DNA of 64,000 nt from Podarcis gaigeae (Eukaryota), in the NCBI GenBank assembly GCA_964106915.2, contig OZ066923.1; one strand, given 5' to 3'. Position 1 is the first letter of the stretch. Each line of letters starts with the position of its first letter. The translations under genes and the position numbers were made by a program. Positions 11,508 through 23,619 of the stretch are shown here, one piece after another. A model generated the notes under the pieces. The model did no database searches and was not told the origin of the DNA. It saw only the letters and a list, made by a program, of their open reading frames with translations.

Positions 11508-14500
11508 TAAAGCAGCAAAGTCAATGGCCAAATTGAGAAGTGCAGACTAGTGGCTAGAGTGCATTGTAACCTCCCTCCAGTTAAGTCCCTTCTAGTCCTA
11601 AAAGACAGGCATTCTTCTTCATGCCACCACAAGCATTAGCAGGATGGGGTCAGTACTGCTATGAGGTCAGCATGCTTGTCGACCAGCCTATGCCAATATC
11701 CATGCTGGTTGGGGCTGGAGGCAGTTGCAGACCAAAACATCTGGAAAGCCCTGGGTAAATGCTGACTGGAAGTGCTGACATAGTGTGAGGCAAGAGGTTA
11801 GTCAGCACAAGAGACAAGACCACCTAAATCTTCTGCAGGCTGTAGCTGCTTTCCTAGAAAATACATTCAGCATACAAATATGGAGAAATTGTAAGATTTA
11901 AGAGACGAGGGGCCAGGGTCAAGTTGAAGACCTTTGGCGCAAGGATTAGATTTCTCCAAGCATTTTGTCTGTGCAGCTATGCAGATGTTAAAGCAAAGCA
12001 GCTGAGGCCAGTTCTCTGTCAGTCCTCCTGAATGGACCTTGGGGGATAAGATTATGTTACCTTCATAATGTGAACCTTACAAAGTTCATTCACCTCAAGT
12101 ACGAATGGCAGCCAATTATAGGGTTATAATTGCTGCAGAGGGGATTTGGAATTAGCCTTGGATGAACTGGCTCAAATGATGTATAAAATGTATATGGGAG
12201 CATGTGACTCTGAGCAGGGGCTAAATGGAGATGTATTAAGCCTCTGAATATACATAGTTTTAACCGGACTGCTAATTGAATGGAGATAAAATTGCCTGGA
12301 AATTCAGCCAGTTTTCAGAGCTGTGAGGAGTGTTTTGGGGGTTTCTTTCTTTTTAAGAAGCAGCAGGAATCTGCTCATAGTTTGACCAGGAAGACCAGAG
12401 CTGGCTATGAAACTGCTATGACAACTCTGAAGAAGTGACTATAATTTAGCCTCAACTTTCAACATGAAAAGTTAGAGTCATAATCCTTAAACTGCTAGAT
12501 TGCTGTAAGGATCGGGGAGACAGAATTGTAAAGCATCTTGCCCACTGAAAGATCTGAAAGGTATATTCCAGTTTTGAAAAAGCAACCAGAATAAACCGTT
12601 TCCCTTCTTTGTAAAATTATTTGATGGTATACCTGTATCTGACATCACTCGTTTCCTCACTCTCCCAAATACCACAATATTTTGATGTTTCACATTCCTG
12701 TGCACTTCTGTGCTTCCTGACTCCTGCTTTTCTGGAGATCTGTCTAGTGCAGATATATTTATTTGCAGATATATTTTATTAGAGAGCTGCTGAAAGGGGC
12801 TGTATATCTAGGCTGCGTCTATCATCCACAGCTGCTTTGTAAGACACTACTGGGTCAAAGACAAATAACCAAGTCAGATTAATGGACTGAACGACAAGAG
12901 TAATGCTGTGCATATTATAGCATCTTGCAGTGTGTGAATTGGCCCTAAAAAATGCATGTCGATTTTTCAATCTTTTGGGGGTAAAAATATACCCTATTCA
13001 GATATCTGGAGTTGTAACAATAAGTGGGAAGCACAGGTAGGTGTATCAAAGATGGCGAAATAGTTTCACTATTAGGACAGCTATTAACTTTGAATCAAAT
13101 GAAATGTGTTGACAGAACAGGCTGTCCTATAGATATGTTTCATTTGACTGACAGATGGTGGTGATGATGACACCAATAAATATATTATTATTTTCTTTCA
13201 TTTAAGAATCAGTTCCCATAATGCACCCTGAAGAAATTTACAGTATAAGAACATATATTTTTAAATTTACAGAATTGCATACACAAAAACATTTTTTGAA
13301 AAAAAATATAAATATAAAAACAATTTAGTCACATATGCATAAAATCACATCAAACCAAAAAACAGGTAATAACAGGGATACAAGTTTCAGAAGAATACTT
13401 GAAATAATAGTAACAATATATCAATTATAATTAAAGGGATAAAGCACTTAATGCCAAATACAAGTTTCTAAGTGGTTCACGTTGTATAAAAATCAGTTAC
13501 ACAAGCATGTAAATATATAAATACCCATAGAGTAGAAATGATGACAGCACACATTAAAACAATAATTAAAACAATGCTTGAATTAAAACAAGAGCCTCAG
13601 GATAAAAGCAATGAAATTCCTTGAAAATAGGTGCTGTTACCTAGTTATGTGCACCTAAAGGGCTTCTGCTGTTGTCATATAGCAAAAGTAACCCCTTTGT
13701 GTCTTATGGCAAAAAAACAGCATGTGATATGGCATGGGCTTCTGCTTTTCTGAGAAATTTAGTGACAACTCCCTTGGATGTGTCTAACATTATAGTTTTT
13801 TGAACACTAGGCAAAATATATTGTTTCATACCACCCCAGTCTCTGAGATTCCAAGGGTTCCATGTGTTTACCCACGGTTTGATTTTATTGGAATCAGGCA
13901 CAGTGATGTCTTTATCATATATGGTTTACCTACACATATATACAACCTGAGCCTACAGTGATGGGGCTCAGAGCAGTAACACCCCGGAAGATCTTGCTTC
14001 TCCCATAGTCAAAGCCTTGGAGTCCAGCAGAACTCAAGCTGGGCTCTATATCTCCAATTGCTGCTGCTGCTTCCAGCTTACACACACACACACACAAACA
14101 GCTGCACCCATTGTCTTTCTCACTACCACCCGGGTGGGGGGGCACCCATCTGCTTTCTGGCACAGAGCAGCTTCCTTTGTTATACTAACGACCATGCTTA
14201 GGAGGTAACTAAGGCCCTTGCCATTAGACTTTTAACCTTGCTGGACCCAGGACCCAGACGTCATACAGGCTAACCCCCAAACTCACAATATTATGCATGG
14301 AAATCTCTGTGTTGAGCTGGTGTGAGACATACACAAGTTTTTGATTCAATGTTTCTCTTTCTCAGCTTCCTGACCAGCTTTTCCCTTCCATGTTCCAATG
14401 GTGGAACATCGGCTTTTACATCCAGAAGTTTCCAGTTTCAATGCCCAGCATCTCCTGGTAGGAAAATCTGAAGACCTGCTGCTGGTCCATGGAGAACATA

Positions 14501-15729
14501 CTGAGCTAACTAGTCTGATAAGGCAGGTTCTGGCAATCCTTTTCGTCATGTCAGTTATTTCCATTGTAGATCTGCAGGCAGGCATTGTTGTTGATCTTTG
14601 TTAGTGGGAGAGGACAACATGGCTGTGCTGCTCACCCAGATGCCCTCCAGATGAGTTGCAGCTGCATACTGGGGATAGAGAGGAGAATGGAAGTAGGAAG
14701 CAATGAGGACAGAGGTCAGGTGAGTGGTGCAGGCCTGCCATGCCTTCTGCCACTGTTTCTTGGCAGAGACTGCCTGCTGATTCAGAAGTTGCAAAAGCTG
14801 CTGGAAAAGTTTCCATGTGGCAGCAGGGTGGATAATTTTAGAAAGACTCGCCAATATCAGCTTGCTGGTGTAGATATTCTTCTCCGATAACGGCAATCCA
14901 GGTTGCAAATGGGTTTTGATAAATATGCACCTTTTGGAAAGAATCTTCTTCTTTAAATACCATTCACAGGATTTTATTAATGGTTGGGTTGTGTTTTAGT
15001 GGCCTAATGACACATTTCCATTAGATAGCCTGACCTTTCTTAAGGTGCAGTATTTAGATCTTGAATCACTACAGTCATTCACAAAAGTTTTACATTTTTT
15101 TATTTCCAGCATCTAAATCAAATGAAAAGGCTACACTGGCCAGGCTGCAAATTTTCTCACACAAACAAATGTCTCCCTTTCATTTTTGATCTTGTATGAA
15201 CATCATTCTCAATATATATACCCCAGGCTAAAAGATGTTCCTGATTACGGATTGTAAAAAAATGCCTTCAACATCTTTCAGAATGATAATGTGTTCCACT
15301 GGATTTCTGACTCAGTTTTTGCATTCTTTAGGATCCATCAGGGGGCATATTATCACTTATTAATTATTCCCTGTTGTTTTCCTTAACTGAATTAAAGCAT
15401 CCCTGTTTCTCTTGCAAAAAGTCATGATCATTACTTTATGCTGACACCTAGTGGGGGAGGAGGGAGAGACACTGGCGTGTAAATATTTCACCATTATAAA
15501 TCTGAAATGTAACATACTAAAGCTATGCAAGGCTTTTATTACAAAACATGAAGCTGCCTGGTATCAAGTTTCATTACTAACCCCAAATGTAAGACAGGTT
15601 CACTGAATGGCTTGCAAAAAGTTCACTAATCCTCGAAATAAGCTGGGGTCACACTTCAAATAAGCTACTTCCTGTCCCAAACCATTCAGAAATAAAGGTT
15701 ACCTTAGCATTGACCTAAGGGAAAAACTG

Positions 15730-15730
<1 letters not shown>

Positions 15731-15785
<55 letters not shown>

Positions 15786-16078
15786 TGTTTCTTGAATTTG
15801 TATACTGCCCTATACCCATAGATCTCAGGGCAGCTCACAACACAAAATGACAATATAAAAAAACCCCCACAAAATACATAATAAAAATAAAAGCAAAGGC
15901 AACTCAATAATCTCCTCCTCCACGACACATTTTAAAAGGGCATTTGATGTCAATCGGCCAAAAGCCTTGTTAAAGGGGAACATTTTCACCTGGCACCTAA
16001 AGGTTTATAATGAAGGCGCCAGCCAAACCTCCCTGGGGAGAGCATTCATTCCACAAATGGGAAGCCACTGCAGAAAAG
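15731..16078 (-). mobile_element. L2-like LINE 3' end with (AAT)n tail (15731-15782)
   Basis: (ATT)n microsatellite followed by tatactgccctatacc...cagggcagctcacaac and gggagagcattc...ccac...gccactgcagaaaagg, typical of an antisense squamate L2 3' end (recalled consensus). Confidence 0.65.
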
Positions 16079-16083
16079 GTAGG

Positions 16084-16837
16084 TGTCAGGGGCTCAGGAG
16101 CAGAAGCACAGGTAATGGAGAGCGAAGGGGAAGAATCTGAGGGCAGCGTAGGAGAAGACGACAGTGGCCCGAGAGATTCCATGAGCCTCTCCAGCGAATC
16201 GGAAGATTCACAGAAGGGGGCGCCGATGGCCAGGGCAAGGGGGGTCCCAGGGGGGATGCGCCAGGAGCAAGGGGCCAGCGGTGACTCCCAGAGCAGCGGC
16301 TGGAGATCAGGACCAGCTTCCCCACTAGAGCGCAGTGGGGGGGAAGAATCCCAGGTATCAGGGCCAGCGTCTCCTCCAGGAGGGAGAGAAGATGAGTTAG
16401 GGATGACCACGCCTCCATCGGGGAGCGAGGGAACGGTCAAAAGGAAGGTTGCCGACTGGGCGCGCACGCCAAGTTCAAATGTACAGGTGAGCGGCACAGC
16501 AGGTAGCCCGGATAGGGAACCAGGTCCTAAAGCCCGCCGGAAGGTGGGGAGTGAATCCGGGGACTCAGCGTCAGAAGAGTCCAGAAAGGGTGAGACCCCA
16601 GCGGGCAGGAGGGCCCAGAGGAGGAAGGAGCTAAGGAAGAGGTGGAGCAAGGCTAGAGTCTTAAACTGGTGTGGAAGGGGAGGAGATTCAGACGGAGCTT
16701 CGGCGGTCTAGGGTTTAAGACGTAGAGCTGCACGCTACGGCTTTGAAATGGAAACTGAACTTCAATAAAGACTTTTGTATATAACGACGATCTGGCGTTG
16801 GTCCTCTGTGAGCTGGGACCTTGGGGCAGCTCTGACA
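16084..16837 (+). mobile_element. Solo LTR (754 bp) of an LTR retrotransposon or ERV
   Basis: Starts TGTCAG and ends CTGACA (inverted termini, TG..CA); exact 5-bp TSD GTAGG at 16079-16083 and 16838-16842; AATAAA at 16764-16769; GC- and CpG-rich against an AT-rich background. Confidence 0.88.
16115..16711 (+). CDS. Uninterrupted 198-aa ORF inside the solo LTR (acidic/Ser-Gly-rich, basic C-terminus); hypothetical
   Basis: gtaATGG good Kozak context; MESEGEESEG...RRAQRRKELRKRWSKARVLNWCGRGGDSDGASAV*; stop about 50 nt before AATAAA; no evidence of expression. Confidence 0.35.
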   Translation: MESEGEESEGSVGEDDSGPRDSMSLSSESEDSQKGAPMARARGVPGGMRQEQGASGDSQSSGWRSGPASPLERSGGEESQVSGPASPPGGREDELGMTTPPSGSEGTVKRKVADWARTPSSNVQVSGTAGSPDREPGPKARRKVGSESGDSASEESRKGETPAGRRAQRRKELRKRWSKARVLNWCGRGGDSDGASAV

Positions 16838-17608
16838 GTAGGTTTTTCTGAGTTCCTTTGTGAAGATTTGTCAATATCAGAAGACCATATTTGTCATAAA
16901 GGCATCTCTTCCACACACTGAACTTAAGAACTAAGAAGCTAAAACTACATCTGTACTCCTAGAGGACCATTTTTAATATAATGGTTCACAGATAGGTTTG
17001 TGTCACAGAGAAATTTCCAATATTCCTTCCTACTGCAACCTCAATGCAAAGAGTTGTGCTACTGCTGGGAACCAAAAGGCCCTGTAATGGGTGCCTGTAG
17101 TCTAACCTTTCCTAAGAGGGCCTCCTTACTACACATACACAATATATGGCATATATGGGAATATCTAGTCCCTCAAGTGGAGTGCTAACATTAGTTGGGA
17201 CTGCATCAGCCAGAAGTCTTAGATTCAACTCATAAGAACCCCGATCTAAGAGTAGATATTCAAGATTTTGGCTATTGTTGTTGCATATCCATGACATCTC
17301 TGTCAAAAGACAAACATGCATTTCCTCCTGGAGAGAAGGGAGTTTGCTCCAGATGTGCCAACAGCACAGATATCTCTTTGTGGGGCAAAGAGGCAAGGGA
17401 GCACAATTCAATCTGGTTTCCTCTCCGAGATTTGTTTCACGTTTCTAAAAGACATACATTGTTCTCCTTGTAACATGACTCCAGACATAGGGCAGTGAAG
17501 CTTTGGACCAGAATCCTGGTCAATCTTCTTGGATAATGGTGGGCAGAGCAATCCAAAAAAAGAGGAAGCCTGTAAATTATGACAGGGAAAATTATGCCAG
17601 TGCAATTT

Positions 17609-18137
17609 GTTGTTGTTGTTTAGTTGTTTAGTCGTGTCCGACTCTTCGTGACCCCATGGACCAGAGCACGCCAGGCACTCCTGTCTTCCACTGCCTCCCG
17701 CAGTTTGGTCAAACTCATGCTGGTAGCTTCGAGAACACTATCCAACCATCTCGTCCTCTGTCGTCCCCTTCTCCTTGTGCCCTCCATCTTTTCCAACATC
17801 AGGGTCTTTTCCAGGGAGTCTTCTCTTCTCATGAGGTGGCCAAAGTATTGGAGTCTCAGCTTCAGGATCTGTCCTTCCAGTGGGCACTCAGGGCTGATTT
17901 CCTTAAGAATGGATAGGTTTGATCTTCTTGCAGTCCATGGGACTCTCAAGAGTCTCCTTCAGCACCATAATTCAAAAGCATCAATTCTTCGGCGATCAGC
18001 CTTCTTTATGGTCCAGCTCTCACTTCCATACATCACTACTGGGAAAACCATAGCTTTTACTATACGGACCTTTGCTGGCAAAGTGATGTCTCTGCTTTTT
18101 AAGATGCTGTCTAGGTTTGTCATTGCTTTTCTCCCAA
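17609..18137 (-). mobile_element. Bov-B (RTE) LINE 3' fragment
   Basis: ORF 17620..17949 RVPWTARRSNLSILKEISPECPLEGQILKLRLQYFGHLMRREDSLEKTLML; (TTG)n tail; possible caattt flanking duplication. Confidence 0.95.
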
Positions 18138-18887
18138 TTTACCCCATTCCAAATCCTGTTCAGGAGCGGGGCTACTGCCAACTGAGCTGGCCCAAGCCTG
18201 ACAGAGGGAAAACAAATCTTGAAAATAGAGTTGAACTTACTGTATCCTTTTTGCTGTGTGACTTCCTTGGGTTGCACAGTCATGTGACCAAGCTGAATTG
18301 AGTTTGGAATGCAATTAAGTCTCCTCTTGCTCCATCCCACCCACACCTCTTCCCCAGAATGCCCCATCTTCAGAAACTTCCCTGGCCTCTGCTCAGTGGG
18401 ATGCACTGCAGCTGAACTAGAATGGAGGACTTACACTGGTATATCACCAACTGAGCCAGGATGCTATTCCAAACTGCACTCCCAGTGCAGTTTGGGTTTG
18501 GATTGCTCCCCAAGTGCTCTTAAGAGTCCAGCCTTATGAGAACAAGCAGCTCCGAGAGACAGACTCACAACAAGGGGAGGAAATCACAGCCATTCATTCT
18601 CATTCATTTTATCAGCCTTCAGTAGAGGTGCTGGTCCGTTCCAGACCAACTTGGGCAAAAGGTGATGCTCTTGAAAGTCAAACTTCCTGGACACTGAACA
18701 GGAAGTAGAAGATTTCATGGAAAGGCATTCCCAAGCTCTCCTAATTTCCACTATAATTTCAAGTTTTTTAAAAGGCAAACCAGATAGCATGAATATATAT
18801 ATACCTGCATTTTCATATTTAATATTGCAACATAAAATTGAATCCCTCCCATTTTTTTCTTCTTTTACAGCAGTAGCATCTAAACCA

Positions 18888-19018
18888 TGAGTAGCTAACA
18901 TGGTGCCCTCCAGATTTTTTGGACCACAATTCCCATCATACTTAATGAGCATGGCAAATGATGAGGGAGGATGGGAACAGTAGTCTGAAAATCTGGGAGG
19001 CACCACATTGGCTACCCC
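18888..19018. mobile_element. Palindromic squamate MITE
   Basis: gtagctaacatggtgccctccagat ... atctgggaggcaccacattggctac inverted ends. Confidence 0.65.
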
Positions 19019-19303
19019 TTATATAAAGGATAACACTCAATTTGGGCTTTCCTGAATGCTGTTAATAGGATTTCTCCATGCCTTTTGACATTATTCTTTG
19101 GCATCACCCCTCCCCCGCTTCCTGGCCTTGCGTTATTTCTCACAATGCAGAGGACTCAAGTATTTTAAGTCACTGGAGGCTCACTCCTCACTTCCATCAA
19201 CAAAATAAACGCACATAAAATAATAGACTGGTGGTTGAAGGTTTAACAATTATGACAAGCAACCTGGATACAATACTTATCATCTCACTCAACCTCAGAC
19301 GTT

Positions 19304-19435
19304 NNNNNNNNNNNNNNNNNNNNNNNNNNNNNNNNNNNNNNNNNNNNNNNNNNNNNNNNNNNNNNNNNNNNNNNNNNNNNNNNNNNNNNNNNNNNNNNNN
19401 NNNNNNNNNNNNNNNNNNNNNNNNNNNNNNNNNNN
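19304..19435. other. Assembly gap (132 N)
   Basis: Run of N. Confidence 1.
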
Positions 19436-21101
19436 CTGTATTAGTGTTCTAGGAAACAAATCGGGCACAGCACACAGGCCGGCTGGAAGCACAAAGCTAA
19501 AGGAGAGAAAGAATTCTCTCTTTTTTTACTTTTCTTTTTTTGAAATCAGACCCTCCGATCTCTAAATCCTTTCAAATTCCTGAAGCACATTAGCTTTACT
19601 ACTGCACGATTTTCGCGGTAGTATTTCCCCTAATGAAATCTGACTAGAAGTTTAAATGAGTTTAATGCATGAAATGTATAAATAAAATGTGGCCTTGATT
19701 AAATTTAGACTTGATACATAACTTAAATGGGTAGCACAAGAGCAGCTTCGGTATCATGTATCCGGCTTATTTTTGACCATGCTCTGTTAAAAGGAGCGCA
19801 AGCTTTTACATTCCACATACCTTCCAACAGGAAGACAATATAACGGAGAAGGTTGCCTCAGACACAAAGTGCTATCACTCTGCTCACAATCAGGTAGATG
19901 CTCTCTGTTATTTTCTAATGCTAGGGGAAAGAATATCGGATTCTAAATACATATATCAAACCTTTTTTAAAACCGTGGCTGGAGATACTTGATGCTTGGT
20001 CTCACCAACACCATCATTCAGGTACTAAGAGAGCAAGGGTGGTTTCACTGCAACTTTCCTGATATTACCTCACTAATGTATCAGACCCCTGACCTAGAGA
20101 GACCATTTCTAGGTTTGCAGGCATCTCAGTTTCCATGTCCATTAAATTATTGGCCTCATTCCAAATGTGGCAACTTGGAAAGAAGGATTTGTGATCCTGA
20201 CAATGAGGAGTACCAAAAGGAAAGATATTTTGTTCCCCATATTATCTCAAGATGATGAAACAGATCGCCCATGCTTGAGAACAGTTCTTGAAACCAAACA
20301 TAAAATCCATCGCCACCAGAATGAAGATGCGAAAGAGATGTTCGTTTATTTGTGATTTAAAATTGCCCGTGCATTTGTTGGGATGTATTTGTGGAAGGGA
20401 AATACCTAACTGTCGGCCATCTTTAGTCTTGTAGAAGTCAACATGGGAACGAGTATGTGGTGACCTTTATTGTTCTACAGTTAGTGGCCCTCCTAAAAAA
20501 AAAAATCAAATTCCTGAGCAAAATAGCAATGGCACTCAGACATAGTTATAACTTTCAAATATATATCCTGAATGTTTTGTCTGAAATGGAACTCCAGGTC
20601 ATTTGCAAGTTCTTATTTACTGAAGTACCACAGAAGGCAGATCATGCATTAGGAAAAAAAGCTGTCCCTTTCATGGGAAAAGAAAGAGAGAGAAACAACC
20701 ACTTTATTCATTATAGTGGGGCGTTTAAACTGATTCTTTTCATTGTTCGGTGAGGTTCAGCCAAAATCAGTGAGTCAGTGCACATGGTCATATTCATCAT
20801 TTGGTAGCTACATCACATATTGACCCTTTCAGGGATCTGCAATGGTCGCCAACTTCAAGGTGTTACTATTGAAATGTAAAGCCCTTAACCAACTTGGGAC
20901 CAGCTTTGTGCAAGATCACCTTGCTCATTTATCTCCACCTGACTGCTTCAGTCTACAGAACTGACCCTGTTGAGGTTGCCACATAATATATGTTATGCAG
21001 TTGTAACAAATTGATCTTTAGTGTGGCAACACACTATGGGTCTCCCTGCCTATTGACATCAGGAAGTCACCTTCACTGCATTATTTTTGGTGCCTGCTTA
21101 A

Positions 21102-21355
21102 AAGAAGAAGAAGAAGAGTTTGGATTTGATATCCTGCTTTATCACTACCCTAAGGAGTCTCAAAGTGACTCACAATCTCCTTTCCCTTCCTCCCCTACAA
21201 CAAACACTCTGTGAAGTGAGTGAGGCTGAGAGACTTCAGAGAAGTGTGACTAGCCCAAGGTCACCCAGCAGCTGCATGTGGAGGAGCGGAGACGCGAACC
21301 CGGTTCACCAGATTACGAGTCTACAGCTCTTAACCACTACACCACATTGGCTCTC
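21102..21355 (-). mobile_element. Squam3-type tRNA/CORE SINE, full length
   Basis: Reverse complement begins gagagccaatgtggtgtagtggttaagagc, with B-box ggttcgcgtc, CORE ggtgaccttgggctagtcac and a (TTC)n tail. Confidence 0.85.
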
Positions 21356-21531
21356 CACATTTTTGTTCAGGCAAGCCTATCCAAACATGCAGATGTTGAT
21401 GCATTTTAATCTCTTTTTTTTACTGTTCATCTGAATTATTATAAAACATTTAAATTGTTTTTACTGATAGCTTTCGATAATTTCAATATTTCTTATCAAC
21501 CACTTAGAAGTTTTATTACAATTAAGTGGTA

Positions 21532-21773
21532 CAGTGGTATCTCAGGTTAAGTACTTAATTCGTTTCGGAGGTACGTTCTTAACCTGAAACTGTTCTTAAC
21601 CTGAAGCACCACTTTAGCTAATGGGGCCTCCTGCTGCCGCTCCACCGCCAGAGCACGATTTCTGTTCTCATCCTGAAACAAAGTTCTTAACCTGAGGTAC
21701 TATTTCTGGGTTAGCGGAGTCTGTAACCTGAAGCATATGTAACCTGAAGCGTATGTAATCCGAGGTACCACTG
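21532..21773. mobile_element. Tc1/mariner-type MITE (same family as 6964, opposite orientation)
   Basis: TA|CAGTGGTATCTC ... GAGGTACCACTG|TA. Confidence 0.9.
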
Positions 21774-21799
21774 TATATCATTTTTGTTAAATAAATTTT

Positions 21800-22005
21800 G
21801 AAATTTGTATTTCATTTTAATATCTGCTCCGCCTTTCCTTCAAGGAGCTCAAAGTAGCACTTATGGGTCTCCTTTTCCCCCATGTTATCTTCACAAAAAC
21901 CCCATGAATTAAGTTGGCAGAGAGACAGTGACTAGCCTAATGGCACACAATGAGTTTCATGGTTGTTTGGTGATTTTAACTCTGGTTTCTTAGGTCCTAG
22001 TCTGC
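21800..22005 (-). mobile_element. Old MIR/CORE-type SINE
   Basis: cctttccttcaaggagctcaaag...ttatcttcacaaaaaccccatga...cagtgactagcctaa is the reverse complement of the element at 8830-9010. Confidence 0.55.
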
Positions 22006-22156
22006 ATAATATCACTAAATTTTATTCCACATTCTGGGGGGGCAGATGTAGAAATGAACAATATTTTCCCACAGGTCTAGAAAAATTCCCTTGTTAACAA
22101 CCCTTTGTGGTACCTTTAAGACTAACCAATTTAGGCATGAGAGGACAGAGTTTTGC

Positions 22157-22436
22157 TGTGATGTGACCTAGAAGAAAAGGTGGCAGGCTAGAAAGACAGA
22201 GAGATAGAAGGCCAAGGCTGATTTCTTGAATCCAGGGTTGTGACCATGGAGTCTTAGTGCTGTAAACCCCTCCATCATAGGCTCAGGTTATATATGTGTG
22301 TAAATAAACCATATATCCTAAGGACACCACAGTCTCCACTCACTCTGACCCATTCTCAAAAGGAAACATGAAGCCTGCATAAGAACCTCAAATCTTGGAA
22401 TCTCCCACTGCTCGGAGACTAGGGTAGTGTGCAACA
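22157..22436 (+). mobile_element. Possible decayed LTR
   Basis: tgtaaataaacc polyA-signal region followed by a U5-like segment ending gcaaCA; TSD not found. Confidence 0.35.
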
Positions 22437-22649
22437 TTATGGTTATTATGGCATGAATCCACACTAGACATTGTGATAGCAGGGACTCATTCTCAACCAA
22501 GATAAGACACTTGGGTCCTAAGTAGTAATAAAGCTACAGTGTTTAAGTGTACACACTTCCTTTGCAAAAGAAGAGGATAGGGAGGGAATCAGAACAGGTG
22601 GGAAAGACACAACTTTTCTCCCAGAGGAGAAGCAATAAAAAAGGGAATT

Positions 22650-22799
22650 GACAGTGATAGATCAGTCAGTAGAGCATGAGATTCTACATCTCAGGCTCAT
22701 GTATTTGAGCCCCAAACTGGGCAAAAGATTCCTGCATCACAGTGGGTTGGAGTGGATGATCATTGTGGTCCCTTCCAACTCTATAAGTCTAGGATTCTA
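22650..22799 (+). mobile_element. tRNA-head SINE with CR1-derived tail (Squam2-like)
   Basis: tagatcagtcagtagagcatgaga (tRNA-Lys-like) ... gtggtcccttccaactctat CR1 3' terminus. Confidence 0.6.
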
Positions 22800-23619
22800 C
22801 TTAGCCCTTGCATGGCCCGTAGACATGATATCCCTTTAAAATCTTCCATATTTCCCATCAGCAATCAAAGCTCTTCCTATGGTGATTTATATGACACCAG
22901 GCTGTGGAAGTAGCTGTTTAATGATGTTCAACCATGTCAGTGATCTCTAAGGTTCTCCACCTTTTAAAAAAGTCATACCAAAATTCTGCCACTTCTAAAA
23001 CACTGAAGACTGTAAAATTGGATTTGAAAATGCAACATTAAATCCCCTAAAATCTGATCCTTCTGTCAGGACCTGGAATAAATTAAAGTGATGTACATTA
23101 TTTTTAAAGAAAGGGAAAAAAATATGGGAAGCGGTTTTCAAAGCCTGAAGGCAGAGGACAAAACAAGTTAAGCAGGTGATACAAACCATCTTATTTTCAT
23201 TCTTATAATGATTTTGCTGCTTCCATATGGGGGCTTGGGCTGGAAATAATTCATAGAATGCAAACTGAAACAAAAAAGTAAAACAGCTTGAATCATACCC
23301 TTCTGAAAATATCAGCTGAGTTTTCATAACCAAAATACTGCTAAGAATTTCCTGGAATTCGGAGCAGATTGAAACCTGCCGCAGCACAGTGGCAGGGCAT
23401 TTGCCTTTCATGAAGAAGGTCACAGCATCAATCCATGGTGTCTCCATGGAGACTCCTGCCTCAGACCCCAGAAAGCCGCTGTCAATCATTGTAAACAACA
23501 CTGAGCTGGATGGACCCATGGTCTGACTCAATCGGACAAGTAATGGATGGTAGGGTGGAAATGTGCTACTCACCAGATCTCCAGTTGGACACAATACACA
23601 GTTACATATAAACATGTTA

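Larger units (their letters stand above)
20850..21800 (+). mobile_element. Decayed L2-like LINE 3' end interrupted by a Squam3 SINE and a mariner MITE
   Basis: ttcaaggtgttactattg...aaagcccttaaccaacttgggacca translates to an FKVLLL..KALNQLGP L2 motif. The element resumes after the SINE (tttttgttcaggcaagcc), and the terminal aagtggta|tatca is split by the MITE. Confidence 0.6.

Noticed and set aside
15997-16650. 217-aa - strand ORF over the solo LTR
   Set aside because: It is the shadow of the GC-rich + ORF, starts at a non-ATG codon, runs outside the LTR and is opposite to the LTR's polyA orientation
17624-18301. 225-aa + strand ORF (and the 164-aa - strand ORF 10967..11461)
   Set aside because: These are antisense frames of Bov-B fragments, not host genes
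22650-22720. tRNA-Lys-like sequence (also tRNA-like heads at 9955, 21280-21355, 41400-41464 and 62740-62817)
   Set aside because: These are SINE heads attached to LINE-derived tails, not intact tRNA cloverleaves
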